Part shown: positions 1 to 13,068 of the stretch, piece by piece | Numbering within the stretch: the first letter of the stretch is position 1 | Layout of the letters: each line of letters opens with the position of its first letter | NCBI GenBank assembly: GCA_004022145.1 | Contig: RCNU01000004.1 | Strand: one strand, 5' to 3' | DNA from: Paecilomyces variotii | Lineage: Eukaryota | DNA length: 64,000 nt | The notes under the pieces: generated by a model | Databases searched by the model: none | Told to the model about the DNA's origin: nothing | What the model saw: only the letters and a program-made list of their open reading frames with translations | Made by a program: the position numbers and the translations under genes

Positions 1-1112
1 GAGGCTGAGGCCACATACCGACCAGAGGGGTGGAATTCGACACGACAGACTCGCCCAGAATGGCCTTCCATGGTCGCAAGAGGCTGTGACTTGTCCAAAG
101 ACCAGAGAGCAACATTTCCTTCTCCGCCTCCGGAAACGAGATTGACTGAAGATTCAGACACGTTCGAGCCAGGCAACGTAGCGCCGGGGAACCACGATAG
201 TCCTCCAACGCGGTCGTTATGACCGCGGAAATGAGCCTTCTCTTCCAAATTGGGCACTGACAACAACCTGATTCCTCCGGCCCAATTTCCCGCCGCGATT
301 GTTTGTCCATCCGGTGAAAATCGTGTGATACTGACGGGTCGCTCGCCAGCAATCTGTGAACCGTAGAGGTCGAAACCCTGAAGTTTCTCCTTGATGGCCT
401 TGCGATGCTTGATATGCGTCCGTAGAGGAATAGTCGACTCTTCCCTTTGCCTAGCAACCCGAGCCTTTGCTCGTGGTAGCGAAAAGCGAGCGATGTCTTT
501 CCGTGCTTCAAGTAGCGCATCTGTTCCCTCTGTATAGAATTCCTCTTGCTCATCGCCCTTCTCCATCTCTTCCGCCTCCGCGGTCACGCTTCGCATCTCG
601 ACATCTCCCTCTTCCTGCCTGTCCGCAAGATCTGTCAAAAGCTCTCGCAACCGATCTCTCCTGTCACCCGGACCTTCTCCGAACAGTGTGATTGGTTCTC
701 CGAGTTCTCTCAACCGTGCGCGGACTCGATTATCGTCGGTAGGAACGGCGATGGCGGCAGCTCTGCGTTTCCGCGAGAACTGCTCGAGAATAGCAGAAGC
801 TTTTTCGGGGGCGATCCCCGCAGCGCCCGTAGGAAGGTCATAGTTGCGATCGACAGCTGTTTGAGCAGATTGGTTAGAAGCGCTTCATAGACAGCATTAT
901 GGTTTGGTTGTGTACTTACGAACATTGGCCAGATCAATGCCGGTGTCTACTTCCTATCATCCAGCCACAGTCAGCTAACAGCCTTAGAGGATCGCGATAT
1001 AGGGGCTTAGAGACAATGGGAATAGCAATGGTAAGTGAGGGGAGAAATGGCACCAGTGGACTCTTACCTCTGCGGCCTCCTCTACATACGCCTGCCTCGC
1101 AGGGTGCATCAT
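1..1112 (-). CDS. PRP4: U4/U6 snRNP protein Prp4 (PRP4 domain + WD40), truncated at the window edge
   Basis: Manual minus-strand translation: [12 protein letters not shown] (ATG 1112), introns, then [38 protein letters not shown] (PRP4/SFM motif), FYTEG, and WD40 repeats ([33 protein letters not shown]). Not in the ORF track. Confidence 0.9.
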
Positions 1113-1892
1113 CTTGGCGATCTGGAAACTGTCCACTGTACCCAAACTATGCGACACGTAGTCTGAATGCGTAGTAATGAGACTAGTTTCTGGTCTCTAG
1201 TGTCTCGATGCACCTGTTGAGGCGCGTTGTGCTGAGGAAGTTGGCGTCTGGTAGGGCGATGCCGAGCTCTGGAGCTTTTTCTCGGGTGGCCGAACTGTCG
1301 GCGGGATGCTTGGCTGGCGGAACGTCATGTCCGCGCTAAGCGGCTGAGTACACCAGCACTTTATGTATATACATGGGTAAACAACCTGACTATAATTGAT
1401 GGAAAAATCTCACGTACTGTAGTGCCCGTGTGCATCTCGATGTATTTATTTCGAAGGTCAAAATAGCACGACAGAAGACTACAACTTGCCCGAACAGGAA
1501 ATCGCAAATAACTTCAGCGTCGGCTGTGAAGTCCGATCGATCGAGCTATCCGGATCTCGCTTAGCGTTACTGAATGTGCTGATAGAAAGTCCGATAAGGG
1601 AAAAAACATCAAATTCCACTAGGGCGGAACATCCCTCCTTGTTGGGGTTCGTTGGGCTTGATTCTCTGCATCTCACCTCCTTCATAGTACATACTACATA
1701 CACACTCTCCACTCATTCCTCTGACAGGCTGTGCGCGCATTACTGGGGCTGGGAGTACTTACGGCAGCGGCCGGCCGTGTTCATCAAATGCTCTTACAGA
1801 CCAACGAGCTATCACTGCTGCCGCCGGAGGGTCTTGAATTGCATGGGTAGAGACCCTGCAGTTACGAGCACGGTCATTAAGTATAGCAGCCG

Positions 1893-3237
1893 ATGATCGC
1901 GCCGACTCTCACCAGCAGAGCCTGCAGTGGCCTGCCCGCCTCTGCCGTCTCCAGCTTCTGGAGTATCGCAAGCGGCACATCCTCATCAACGTGGCTCGAT
2001 GGGCGCTCTCGGGTTTACAATGGATCGCAGTCGCATCGATTGAAGCGAACATGGACACGGTCATTCCATTCGACACTCTCACGAGACGCTTCCAAACCTC
2101 GCCTGAGCTACCGTATCGCTGCCGCATCCTCCGCCAAGGGTCGTCGCTTTCACCCGGACAAACATGCGTACAATTTCGACCCGAACGTGCAGGATGCCTT
2201 GGGCCTGCTCACTGGCACAGATCTGATTGAGAGAAAGAAACAGAGACCAGAGAGCGGGGAGGACGCCTTCTTCGTCAGTAAGGTCGGCCAGACATCATCC
2301 GGTGTCGTCGCGTTCGGAGTCGCGGATGGCGTGGGAGGTTGGACAGAATCCCGGGTTGACCCGGCAGACTTTTCGCATGGCCTGTGTAGCTACATGGCAC
2401 AGACTGCACTGGGTTGGGATATGGAAGCGGACACGCTGCATGCAAAGAACCTGCTGCAGAAGGGATATGATCTCTTGGTTGAAGATCCATCAATTCAGGC
2501 TGGTGGAAGCACAGCCTCCGTTGGAGTCGCGCAGACGGACGGTAGGGTGGAATTAGCAAAGTATGTTCTGACAAGTTCGGATTCTCGATGGAATTGCGGT
2601 AAACCTGACCTCATCTAGTCTTGGTGATTCTGGCTCAGTCCTTCTCCGCCTTGCCGCCGTCCATCACTACTCCAAACCACAGACGCACGCGTTCAATACT
2701 CCATACCAGCTTAGTATCATCCCACCGCGCATGCGTCTGCAGGCCTCCATCTTCGGGGGAAATTACCTGGAAGACCTGCCTCGTGATGCATCCGTAACGA
2801 ACATCAACATGCAGCATGGTGATATCCTCGTGCTAGCGACAGACGGTGTCTTCGATAATCTTAGCAACCAAGACCTCCTCAAAATCGTCACGACACGTAT
2901 GGTCTTGACCGGAGCGTGGACGGGAGCAGCCAATGCGGGCATTGCGATCTCAGAACATCTCGACGCGCTGACAAGACCAGGCGGCCTGGCATTACCCCCA
3001 TCTGGTGAATCATCGGAGAAGGAACGCCAGAAAGTCCCCCGTAATAGCCGCCATACTCTTCAATCTCTCCTGGCCTTATCAATCGCCGGAGAAGCCAAAG
3101 TGGCCAGTCTGGACTACCGCCGCGACGGCCCCTTCGCCAAAGAAGCCCAACGCTACGCCCCCGCGGATTGGTACCGTGGCGGTAAAGTGGACGATATCTG
3201 CGCTCTTGTCATTGTGGCCGTTGAAGAGGGCAAATGA
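1893..3237 (+). CDS. PTC7: PP2C-family phosphatase, Ptc7/Azr1-like, probably mitochondrial
   Basis: GEDAFF, GVADGVGGW, GGSTA, NLGDSG across intron 2561-2618, HAFNTPYQL, VLATDGVFDN, GGKVDDI. Ser/Arg-rich N-terminus. Confidence 0.88.
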
Positions 3238-4327
3238 ACATATCATTCCACACACACACACATATATGTATCAAGCAAGCGACTTGGAAACAAAACAAGA
3301 AAAAAAAACAAGAGGAAGGAAACAAAACAAACAACCTATATATAGAATAGAAGCACGCGCTACCTACCTCATCTTGGTGCCTTGGACGTCGTACAGTATA
3401 CGAGGGCATGCTGCATGTATCCATTCCTCAGTGATTAACCTTGCAGAAACATCCTGGTCTTGGTTCCACGAAATCATAGCAGTGCCATCTGCAAGGGACG
3501 AGGTACCTAACCAGTTACTACTGGCTTTGGCTAGTTATGTTTTTTTTTTTTTTCCTATTAATCTTTAATTTTTGCATTATTGGTGTTCCTCTTTTATATC
3601 GATTATCCTCAACGGTTGGAATTTCAAGCAAATGGCGTCGACCAAGTAAGATAAGAATTGTTTTCTCTTTTCGTTGGTTGTGTGGATAATGTATGATGAT
3701 ATCTGAAGCTGGATCTGTCTTCGACTTTCCAGCTCGTATATATATCCCTGGGGCGAGATATTCCTGAGAGATTCCAATTTCTGTTGGACAGTTTTCATTT
3801 TATACCATTTTATAACCACACCAAGACCTTTTAGTATTGAGCACTGCTACAGAATTCATATACAGTCCGCCCGTAGTAAGATGAATATATACATATACAC
3901 TACCCAATACATGATAACTCCCCCCCTTTCTTCTCAACAGAAAATGGCTTCCAAAGAGATAAATGAGATGCATAAACTCCTCCTTAAATCAAGTAAAAAG
4001 AAACAAACAGAACAAACGGTGAAATTGAATCGAACGATATGCCGTGCGTTCCATCGCATAAGATGCCGTAGAGTACAGGAGGTGCATCTGACGCGGTCAT
4101 ATTGAAGAATCGCTCCCCCAACGCCTGAGTCGATGCAAATGGTGTAATGCCAAAAGGAAGAAGAAATGCAGCACCGAACATCGTGGAGTATGAGAAGGAT
4201 GATGATCGGTTTCAGATAAACATTAGATCGACGTGGGTATATATCTCCTGCTAGATAGAACGGAGGAAATCGAATTAGAAAAAAAACAGATAGATGGAAG
4301 GTCTGATCGAAATAGCACGAATTCTCA

Positions 4328-5616
4328 TCACTCGAGTCGGTGGCTGAGAGGCGTCGATCGGACAGGTACCCCTTCAGTCGCGCGGAAGATTCGTGATCGT
4401 TTGGTGATTCCTCTCCTGAGTGACTGGGTAAGCAGCCGCTTTCAAGTATGCGACATGTAGGGTTCAACTTACTTCGTGTCCCACTCTGGCTCCCATAGCT
4501 TCGTTTCCTCGTTCCAGTTGTGACTGGGGAGTGTTAGCATTTTTGAGACGAATGATCTCAACGGGTATGGAGCGGTCTTACTGCTCGAATTTGGTCACGG
4601 TAAGGGCTTTGCTGCCATATTCTTCCTCTAGCAGTTTCGTATACTCATACGGAATCTTCACAACGACACCCTCAAAGAGACTATCGCGCAGCGGGAAGAT
4701 GTCGGTCTCCTTCAGTGATGTTAGCCTGGTTCCTCCCTGGTTGCGTAGATCTAACTCACATCGTATTGATGCTTGTCCTTGCATATCAACGCGCCTAGAC
4801 GGCCCCGAGCACGCGCTTCCTCATTCACCCGTACGGTCGTTATGTCGATAAACAAGCCCGACGACGTGTCGATCCATCTCGCATCGATGACATTGAGAAC
4901 GTCATGAGTGGACCGGATGGTGTAGTGTGGATTAACCTCGAGCATATATGTGCGCCCACCCTTGACGCCGGGGAGGTTGAAATGGTGCTCCGTCATGTTG
5001 TAATAATCGGCCAGGAAGTGCATTGTCGGCTCTGAGACCTGAACGTCGAGGTCACTATCCCATGGCAGAATCTATCGATGCGTCAGTTTGCCAACCACTT
5101 CTCTGTTATCCGCGGTTCCCGACCTTCTGGTTCCACCACCAGCCTAGCAATGTTCCATGCATAATCCATGTTTCGGCTCCCAAGTCGGCCATGGTCGATA
5201 GGTACGTCTGCATGAGGGCGGTCAAGTGCGGCAAACTCTCCGTCTCCGGCAAGGTCTCAGAGGCGAAACTGGAGGGTAAATCAGCATCGAGTCTCGTGCG
5301 TAGCCTTTTCTGTATATACGCACCGGCCATCGTAGTGAGGATGGAATCTGGATAGTGAAAAAGTTGTCTCAGTAAGCAGCTTCAAAGTTTAGAGGAAACG
5401 AGGCGCGACATACGTAGATTCATCTACTTGCTAGTCAGTGTCATTGTGCAGCGAATAATCAGGACAGGAACACTCACGAAAGTATTTCTCTGCAGGGTCA
5501 CCTCCTTTCCCACTATAATCCTTCGCCATACTAGTTCGTACACTCATAAAGTCGGCATCGCCGCGGACGAGTCCGGTGGCCGCCGCTAGCAACCCGCAGA
5601 GTCGTAGCAACCGCAT
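4328..5616 (-). CDS. LicD/fukutin-family phosphotransferase (Mnn4-related), secretory signal, multi-exon
   Basis: Signal-like MRLLRLCGLLAAATGLVRG, KYF..FHPHYDGRF, WIMHGTLLGWWW, ILPWDSDLDVQV, NVIDARWIDTSSGLFIDIT, CKDKH, IFPLRDSLFEG. The last exon and stop are uncertain. Confidence 0.85.
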
Positions 5617-7826
5617 CTCCAATTTGGCCGTTTGTTCCAAGTATTCACGATTGATGGAGGGCTATCGAAGCATGCTCAAATCCGAGTCGTTCCTAAAGAG
5701 TGAGGAGGTATCGTTCCCGTGGCGGTTCGTCGACGAGAGACAATAGAAGTAGTATCCTGCGGAGACCGGCGATAAATGAATGAATGGCAGACTGCGGGCG
5801 GACGCGGACAGAACACGCTTAGAGAGTGAGCAATAGTCGATGTTTTAGATAGCCCCGTCACAGCTGAATGAGGCAAACGAAGGACCCTTGCCCACGAGTC
5901 CCAGGCCGGAGAAATGTCGCGTGCACAGTTACGAGAATAAAAAAGGGACCGGCGAGGCTCTCTTGAGTCTAGGGCCTTGAACCACCGACACGGGTTGTCA
6001 CGAGTGTGGGGGGTTCCCGTTCAGGATCTGTCCGATCTGATGGTTACGAGCCCCTCCGTGGTCACTCTTCTTTTCTTCTGTCTCTCGATACCCAAGTAGA
6101 TAATAATAATGATTAATTATGCTGGCTCAGTCCAGTTCGAGGCCGCGAACGTGGGTTCTATAGTTAACTAACTAGCACTTCCAAAACCGATCGTGGCACT
6201 GCCTTGCAAGGAGCGAGACAATGCACGGGCGACCAGGTGGACAAGGTGGCAGGTTCTGCGACTCTATCTGCTACTTTCTTTGGATCGCCAAGATTGACCA
6301 GATCTTACAGAATCCTCCGTCCACAAACCTTGGGCGACAATGCCACATCCTCGCGCATTCTCTTGAGCTCCTATGGTAATCATAACGATGAACATCCTGC
6401 TTGCCCCAGCTTGCCGATTCCTCTCTTTACGCGTACGGAGTATAAGATCTGGCGTTATTACTTCCCCCGCTCAGAGGATCTGCTTGTCGCGGACTCTTGG
6501 CACAGTGGCCGTTTCAAATTGCTACTTTTGGCGGATAGGTCACTGTTCAGATTGGGCGATCTAATAATAAATCTTATGATGGCGCCGTAGGGGCCGCGTC
6601 AACTCGTCAGAATCCGTGGGCAGAAACCTGACTAGCGCTATCCTGCGCTCCCGGCTCGCCAGGGCACACCAGTGAATTTTCTTTTAAGCATTTAATAGTA
6701 TTATGATTTTCTCATTCCAACACTGGAGCATTCTGCAAGAAAAGCGTACTGAACATAAGCTCTGGACGCGAAAAATTGAGCGAAACAGGAATGCCGGATG
6801 GCCCCGGTTATGTCCACGTGATCTGGAGGAAACAATGGCACTGTGTAACTTACTACTCTTTAAGCTTGAAGCATGAGAACTATAACTCAACGGCTAAAAA
6901 AGCCGCGCCATATCTTTCCCTCTCAGCTGTGCGTTGATTCCAGGGGATCGAAGTCAAGGACAAAAGTAAACACACCTCAATGCCAATCATGTTGACACTG
7001 TATCTTGTCGCAATCAGCCGGATCCAAGCATGTAGCCAGGCACTATGCATTTTTACGCCTCAGGGGTGAGCAGTAACTTAACGGGCGTCTCATCTGATTT
7101 GTCATTCAAACCCAGACGTTTCTTCTCTCGAAATTATCCCCTCATACTCCGTGAAGAAAAAGTCACACGCGGGAAACGGTTCTCGTCGAACATGAGCTCT
7201 ATGTCCTCGTGAATAAAGAAGCGATAAGAAGGCTAAGAAGGCCAAGGAGGCGGAAGTCCTCCAACACACCATCAAAGAGACCAGCCACAAGCCGGAGCTC
7301 AGACTATGACGGCGCCTGGATGTATCCCCGGGAGTTCCAGATTGTCCGCTTAAGCTTTGATCGATCTTATATCTTATCAGCCCAGATCCAGACCCAGAAC
7401 AAGATGAGTTCCGACTCCGCGGTCGGAGACGGGGAAAGACAGGTCCCGGTTCACATGATCGCGGCCGTTGCGCCCCTGGCACAATGTGGGGCTGGAGATT
7501 GGTTCAAGTTGGGTTGTGAGGAGGGCAATAATGTTGAGATGTCGTTCGCCTCGAGGATGAATTAGGACTCTAGATGGTGTCTTTTCGTTCCACTCCTATT
7601 CAATTCTAGACTGCCAGGCGTCGGAGAGGCCCTCAGTTGAGTCTGAACACTTCTGATCCAACGATGCGACGAGGCCGGATCACCGTTTTGAGCTATCCCA
7701 GGATACAACGCTGAATAGTCCCGACACTCGTGCCTTGTTACATCCAATGGGCTTTACCTGATGATTCTACTACGCGTGCTCATGGGTGAGCCGGTACTCT
7801 AGGATTATACCCTATCCAGTGCAAGC

Positions 7827-10228
7827 ATGTATCCATACCCTCTTGCCAAGATGTCAGCAGATCAACAACTTGGCGACGTTGGCACGACCCAGCAGTCAGG
7901 GTCAGCTACGCAGCTTAACCGGTCGTGTGAGTCCTGCAGAGCGCTCAAAGTGCGCTGCTTACCCAACCCGGAAACACCAACCCAATGCCAGAGATGTGCC
8001 AGAACGAAACGAGCATGTATCTTCGTCGCTCCTCAAAAGCGCCGCCCGCGCAAACGGACTGATTCGAGGGTTGCACAGCTGGAGAGGGAGATGCGCGCTA
8101 TGCGCGTCCTCCTGAAAGATAAGCACCTGCCTGTAGATGAGGGCGGCCAAGATGAATACAACGAGGGGGAGGAGAGGAAGGAGGGAACAGACGAGGTCGA
8201 CTTCGGAGCTCAGGCTGGCATGAGCGTTAGAAACATGCATCCTGCTCAAGGCAGTGGCATGGTCCCTCCGAGAACGACAGACTATTCTCCTGTGTCGACA
8301 CTTCCACCTGGTAGTGCTAGTGGTGCTTCCATCGGTGCTCTGTCATTGCCAAATGCGCAGAGTAGCCACTCCTCTGATTTGACAGCAAATGAGGATGTGG
8401 TAGACCGCGGCATAATTGCGATGGAGACAGCGAGCGAGCTTTTATACCTATTTATAAAAGATCTTGCACCCTTGTTTCCGGTTGTTGTGCTACCAACAGA
8501 TACAAACGTGTCGCAGCTGCGGCGATCTAAACCAGTGCTCTTCTTATCCGTGCTTGCGGCGGCGGCCATCGCGGTGGATGCAAAACTGGCCGAGATTCTG
8601 AATCGGGAAATCGTAAGGCTATATGCGGAGCGATTTTTTGTAGAGGCGGAGAAGTCCTTTGAACTGGTTCAGTCATTGTTGATTATGATTGTATTCTCTT
8701 ATCCGCCAAACTCACCTCTGAAAATCCAGATCTACCAATATACTCATATTGCTGCGACGATGGCCCTAGAGATTGGCCTTGCCTCCAAGAAACGGGTGCC
8801 CAAGAAGCCCACATCCGGCAGGACAGGTCGAGACCTGCATGATATATTTGATGAGCATATGGCTGAACAGGCTCGCGCGATCTTAGGATGCTATCATCTC
8901 TGTTCTCAGTAAGCACTTTCCAGGCGAGATTCTAACACAAGATGAAAATTACTGACCATGAAAAAGAATTGGTATGAGAACACGTCGGCCGAACATGTTG
9001 CTGTATAACGATTGGGTGAAGGAATGCGTAAACCATCTAGCAGATTCACCGCACATCATCGATCGGCGCATGGCAACGTGGTTCGAGCTGCAGAAGATGG
9101 TTGATGAAGCAATGACATCTTTCGGCCTGGATGATACTAGCTCCACGGCACCTCTCACTGAATCCCGAGTTCAGGCCGTGCTAAGGTGGTTCGACAATCG
9201 AATGCAGGATTGGAAGAAGACCACCCCTCCGGATCTGCTCACTTGTAAGCCCGTCAAGGATGTTTCAATGGAGACGTACGCTGACTTGCTTTCTGCTAGT
9301 GCCCCTCATGGTCGAGTATCATCACACGAATCTCGCGGTATATGAACTTGCCATTGGTGAAGCATATCGTGACCCTGACGCGATCAAACGGCAACACTAC
9401 ACGCTCCCTCCTCCCGACGAAGAAGGCAGTGGCCAGCAGCAAAACGCCCCTTTAAGTGCGATTCGCATCGATATGACGATGAAGTGGCTGAATGCGGCGC
9501 GTTCCATACTCGATGTATTTCTCGGTTGTGATGCGGATACCATGCGAAAAATGCCTAATCTTATGTATACTCGGATCGTTTTGGGCCTCATGACCCTGAT
9601 GAAAATCTATTATTCAGTGCGATCAGGTGCACTTGGTGAAGTAATTGAGCCTTCAAGTGTCAACCTGGATGTGTACCTCGAGGAGATGACTAGGAGGCTT
9701 ACCGAAGCTAGTGGCGGACAGAAGTACAAGATCCCGAGTCGGTGGTTGTTTGTCGTTGGAGTCAAGGCGCGGGATTGGTACGACCGGTTCCAGCACCGTC
9801 AGTCTCAAAAAGAAGCCGGATTGCAAATCCAGCAGAAGGTTTCTGTGCAGCAGAGCATTCCAACGAACCAGTATTCAATGCCCATGCAGAGCAATTCTCA
9901 ATTCGACCCGACGGTCACGCAGCAGACAGCGGCTTTCAATGTCCAGCCTATGATGCAGCCCCTTCTCCCAGAGAACACAAGATCCTTCAATGCTCATATC
10001 CCGACGACGATTCCATGGCCGTTACCAGATGATAGCTATGTTACTCTCAGTCACCCCCCTGCATACCTACCCGGAGTAATGGCACCGCCAATGACTTTCG
10101 CGTCTTCGAATCCGCTGCCCACTTTCAGCCAGAATCAACCCTTCTTCTCTGCTGGATCAGGTATGGAGATCGATGGATGGATCCCAGATGGTGGCATATT
10201 CGGCGGTCCCAGCTTGCCAGGGTTTTAG
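7827..10228 (+). CDS. Zn(II)2Cys6 fungal transcription factor
   Basis: RSCESCRALKVRC-x8-CQRCARTKRAC binuclear cluster, coiled coil (RVAQLEREM), middle homology region, Q/P-rich C-terminus. Two introns near 8910-8970 and 9245-9300. The start may be the ATG at 7851. Confidence 0.92.
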
Positions 10229-11487
10229 TATGCGAAGCAGCAGCAATAGCGCGTGGTCAGTTCGCTCTGTATGCCTTAACGATGTCTGATGAAACTGTCG
10301 ATGTTCGACAGTCCACATACCCCGACGATATAATATTTGCAGTTCTAATGAATCCGGTGCTCTTTTTGGTCGTATATAGAAGGATAGGAATTGGTTTTGC
10401 GTCTTCTTTTGATAGCAAGGGTGTACGTACGTCAAACCCTCAAACCATATCCTAATCGAGCATGTCGCTTTCTTCCTTTCACTCCATGAAATCAACAGAG
10501 TACTCCCGTAGAGATTCAGGAAGAAAACTATGGGGAATGTAAGAAACCCAAGAGAGCTCCGGTCTGAAAGGACAGAAAAAGAATTAGTTGAGAACGCTCA
10601 TCGATTATTATTACTTCGTCTCTGTCCATGACACGTCTTTTACCCCACGCAACACGGAGTGTCGGGGATGTCGGAACTTCCGATAAGTATGGACGTTGGA
10701 CAATTGCCGCTATCCGACACCTCAATAACTGTCTGATTCAATCCGACAAAAAAATAGTTAATTATGTGATCTGATGCCAAGCAATGCACAAGAAACTATC
10801 ATATCTGCTAGTGGCTATTCGCATGCGGTTGTACATACAACTTTGACTGGGCTTCCAACCTTGGAAACAAAGGAGATAATCCGAATGAAGTTATCAGTAT
10901 ACAATATTTTGTATGGACTATTATTTCATCATTGGATACCATTATGCCTAATTTCAAAGTGCTATACTGGCGGAAAAGACGATCATACATACGGAGTTGA
11001 CCTTGGTCTCCATATCTCTCATAAGCTTCGATAGCCTTAATCACAGAGCTTGCTATGATTCCCGTTTCAAGGGAGTGTCTGCAAGATAAGTACCCGCCTT
11101 CTTGTACTCTCGCAGTATCAATCGCTTTCTTTGTCTTTGTCCGCCCCAGGTCACGTCTTTGATATGCTCATTGAATTCTGGTTAGGTCAAAGAAAGATTC
11201 CATCTGCTTGTCATCCTACTAATAAACCCCCCTGCCAAGCAAAAATGATGTCTTATATCCAAAATTTTCTCTCTGGAGGCTTGGCAGGGCGGCGCAGCCG
11301 GACCAGCCGCGAACAAAGTTCGTCACAACGCTCATCCAACGTCAGATTCAGAGACAATCTTGTCTTCTTTACATGCACTGGATCTCCAGGAGCAATACTG
11401 CGAACTCCATGTCTTCGAGTTTACCTTATCCACTGCCTATGCTAAGGACCAGAAAGTGCGGGGCATTCTGGCTAGGTCCCATTCACG

Positions 11488-12900
11488 ATGCAGTCGGCGG
11501 GACTTGAGGCCTTCGCACCACGACACGCTGGGCTGGATATCCAGCAAAACAGCGCACCAAGTCTGCCCAGGGCGAATTCCAGAAAGCATTCTGCTGTCTA
11601 CGACTATCTACAACGCAGTTCTTGGGATGGATTCTCATTTTTTCGATCGAAAGACGCTGATCGCGACGTTTCCTACCTGAGCGATCTCAGCACCAAAGGA
11701 ACGCGCAGTCACCGTCACCGTTCGCTTGATAGTGAGCTCGATGCCGTCAAGGAGGAGAACCTGAAAGATCGGGTCAGTGTTAGTCAATCCACTGGTGTGG
11801 ACAGGCTGCGGTTCAGCCTTCTGTCGTCCAGATTCGATTCGTCGATTCAAGTGGCCAACATCGAAGAGTTGTTGATCCACGACGGACCCTTCCATGATAT
11901 CGCGAACGGAGAAGTACGTGATGGAGTATGGTGGCTCGACGTGACGAGTCCCTCGAAGGAGGAGGTTGAAACGCTCTCCAGGATATTCAACATCCATCCG
12001 CTGACGACGGAGGATATCATGACCGAAGAGCCGCGAGAGAAGACGGAATTGTTTGAGAAATACTATTTCCTTTCTCTGACCTTGTCGCAGCTTTCAGACA
12101 AAGGGTCTGATCACCGACCATCTAATATGTATGCCATTGTCTTCCGGAACGGCATTCTCAGCTTCTCCTTCAGCGACAATCCGCACACTGCAAATGTTCG
12201 CCGTCGGATCAAGAACTTGAAGAGTCACTTGAATGTGACTAGTGACTGGATCTGCTATGCTCTGATGTAAGTTGGGATATTTCTTGCTTCTCCAAAATCA
12301 TTCCACTAACGTCTTGCTAGTGACGATATCGTCGATGGATTCGAGACGCTGGTTCACGAAGCAGAACGGGAGCTTGTAGCCATAGAAGATAATTACGCCA
12401 TAGCCCGTCCGGACGACGTTGGCTGGGTTCTACGGCAGATCCATGAGTGCCGCAAGAAAGTCAGCGGAGCGAGACATCTTCTTGGCGGCAAAGTCGATGT
12501 CATCCGGTCTTTTGCGCGGCGTTGCGATGAGCGTTACAGCATCACCCCATCCAGCGAACTAGGCCTTTACTTGAGCGACATCCAGGATCACGTCGTGACT
12601 ATGATGACTAGTCTTATCCAATTTGAGCAGATCCTGGCTCGCGTGCACGCGACTCTCCTTGCGCGCCTTTCGGTCGATTCTACACGCACCGGAAGCATGA
12701 CTATCAAATTCTTGAGCAAGATCAGCGTTATCGCTGCGATTCTTGTTCCGATGCAAGTCATCACCGGACTGTTTGGGATGAATACGCCTGTTCCCGGTGG
12801 CAGCACCAATGGTCTAGAGTGGTGGTTTGGGATCTTGGGGGTTATTGGAACGCTTGTCGTCGTGAGCTTGATCATCGCTCGGATGGCCAAGTTTATATAG
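11488..12900 (+). CDS. CorA-family Mg2+ transporter (Alr1/Mnr2-like)
   Basis: WWLDV, FNIHPLTTEDI..EPREKTELF, DWICYAL, intron ~12267-12320, YLSDIQDH, GLFGMN signature and two C-terminal TM helices. The start could lie upstream (~11244). Confidence 0.9.
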
Positions 12901-13068
12901 GATAGTTTACTGCAGATCTACACTTTAGATCTATACTACCTATGCTATTTCATGATACCAGCTTCCATGTTCATTGAGTTTATGAAGATCATATACGTAA
13001 CACTATGATACAGTACAATTGGGTAGTCATGCTATATAAGACAACAGAGTAGACTGTGAACATGCATC

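Noticed and set aside
6121-6160. tRNA-like A/B boxes (TGGCTCAGT..GTTCGA)
   Set aside because: Spacing is far too short and no cloverleaf can be formed.
7102-7565. ORFs upstream of the Zn2Cys6 gene
   Set aside because: Overlapping short ORFs on both strands without domain signal; treated as promoter or 5' region.
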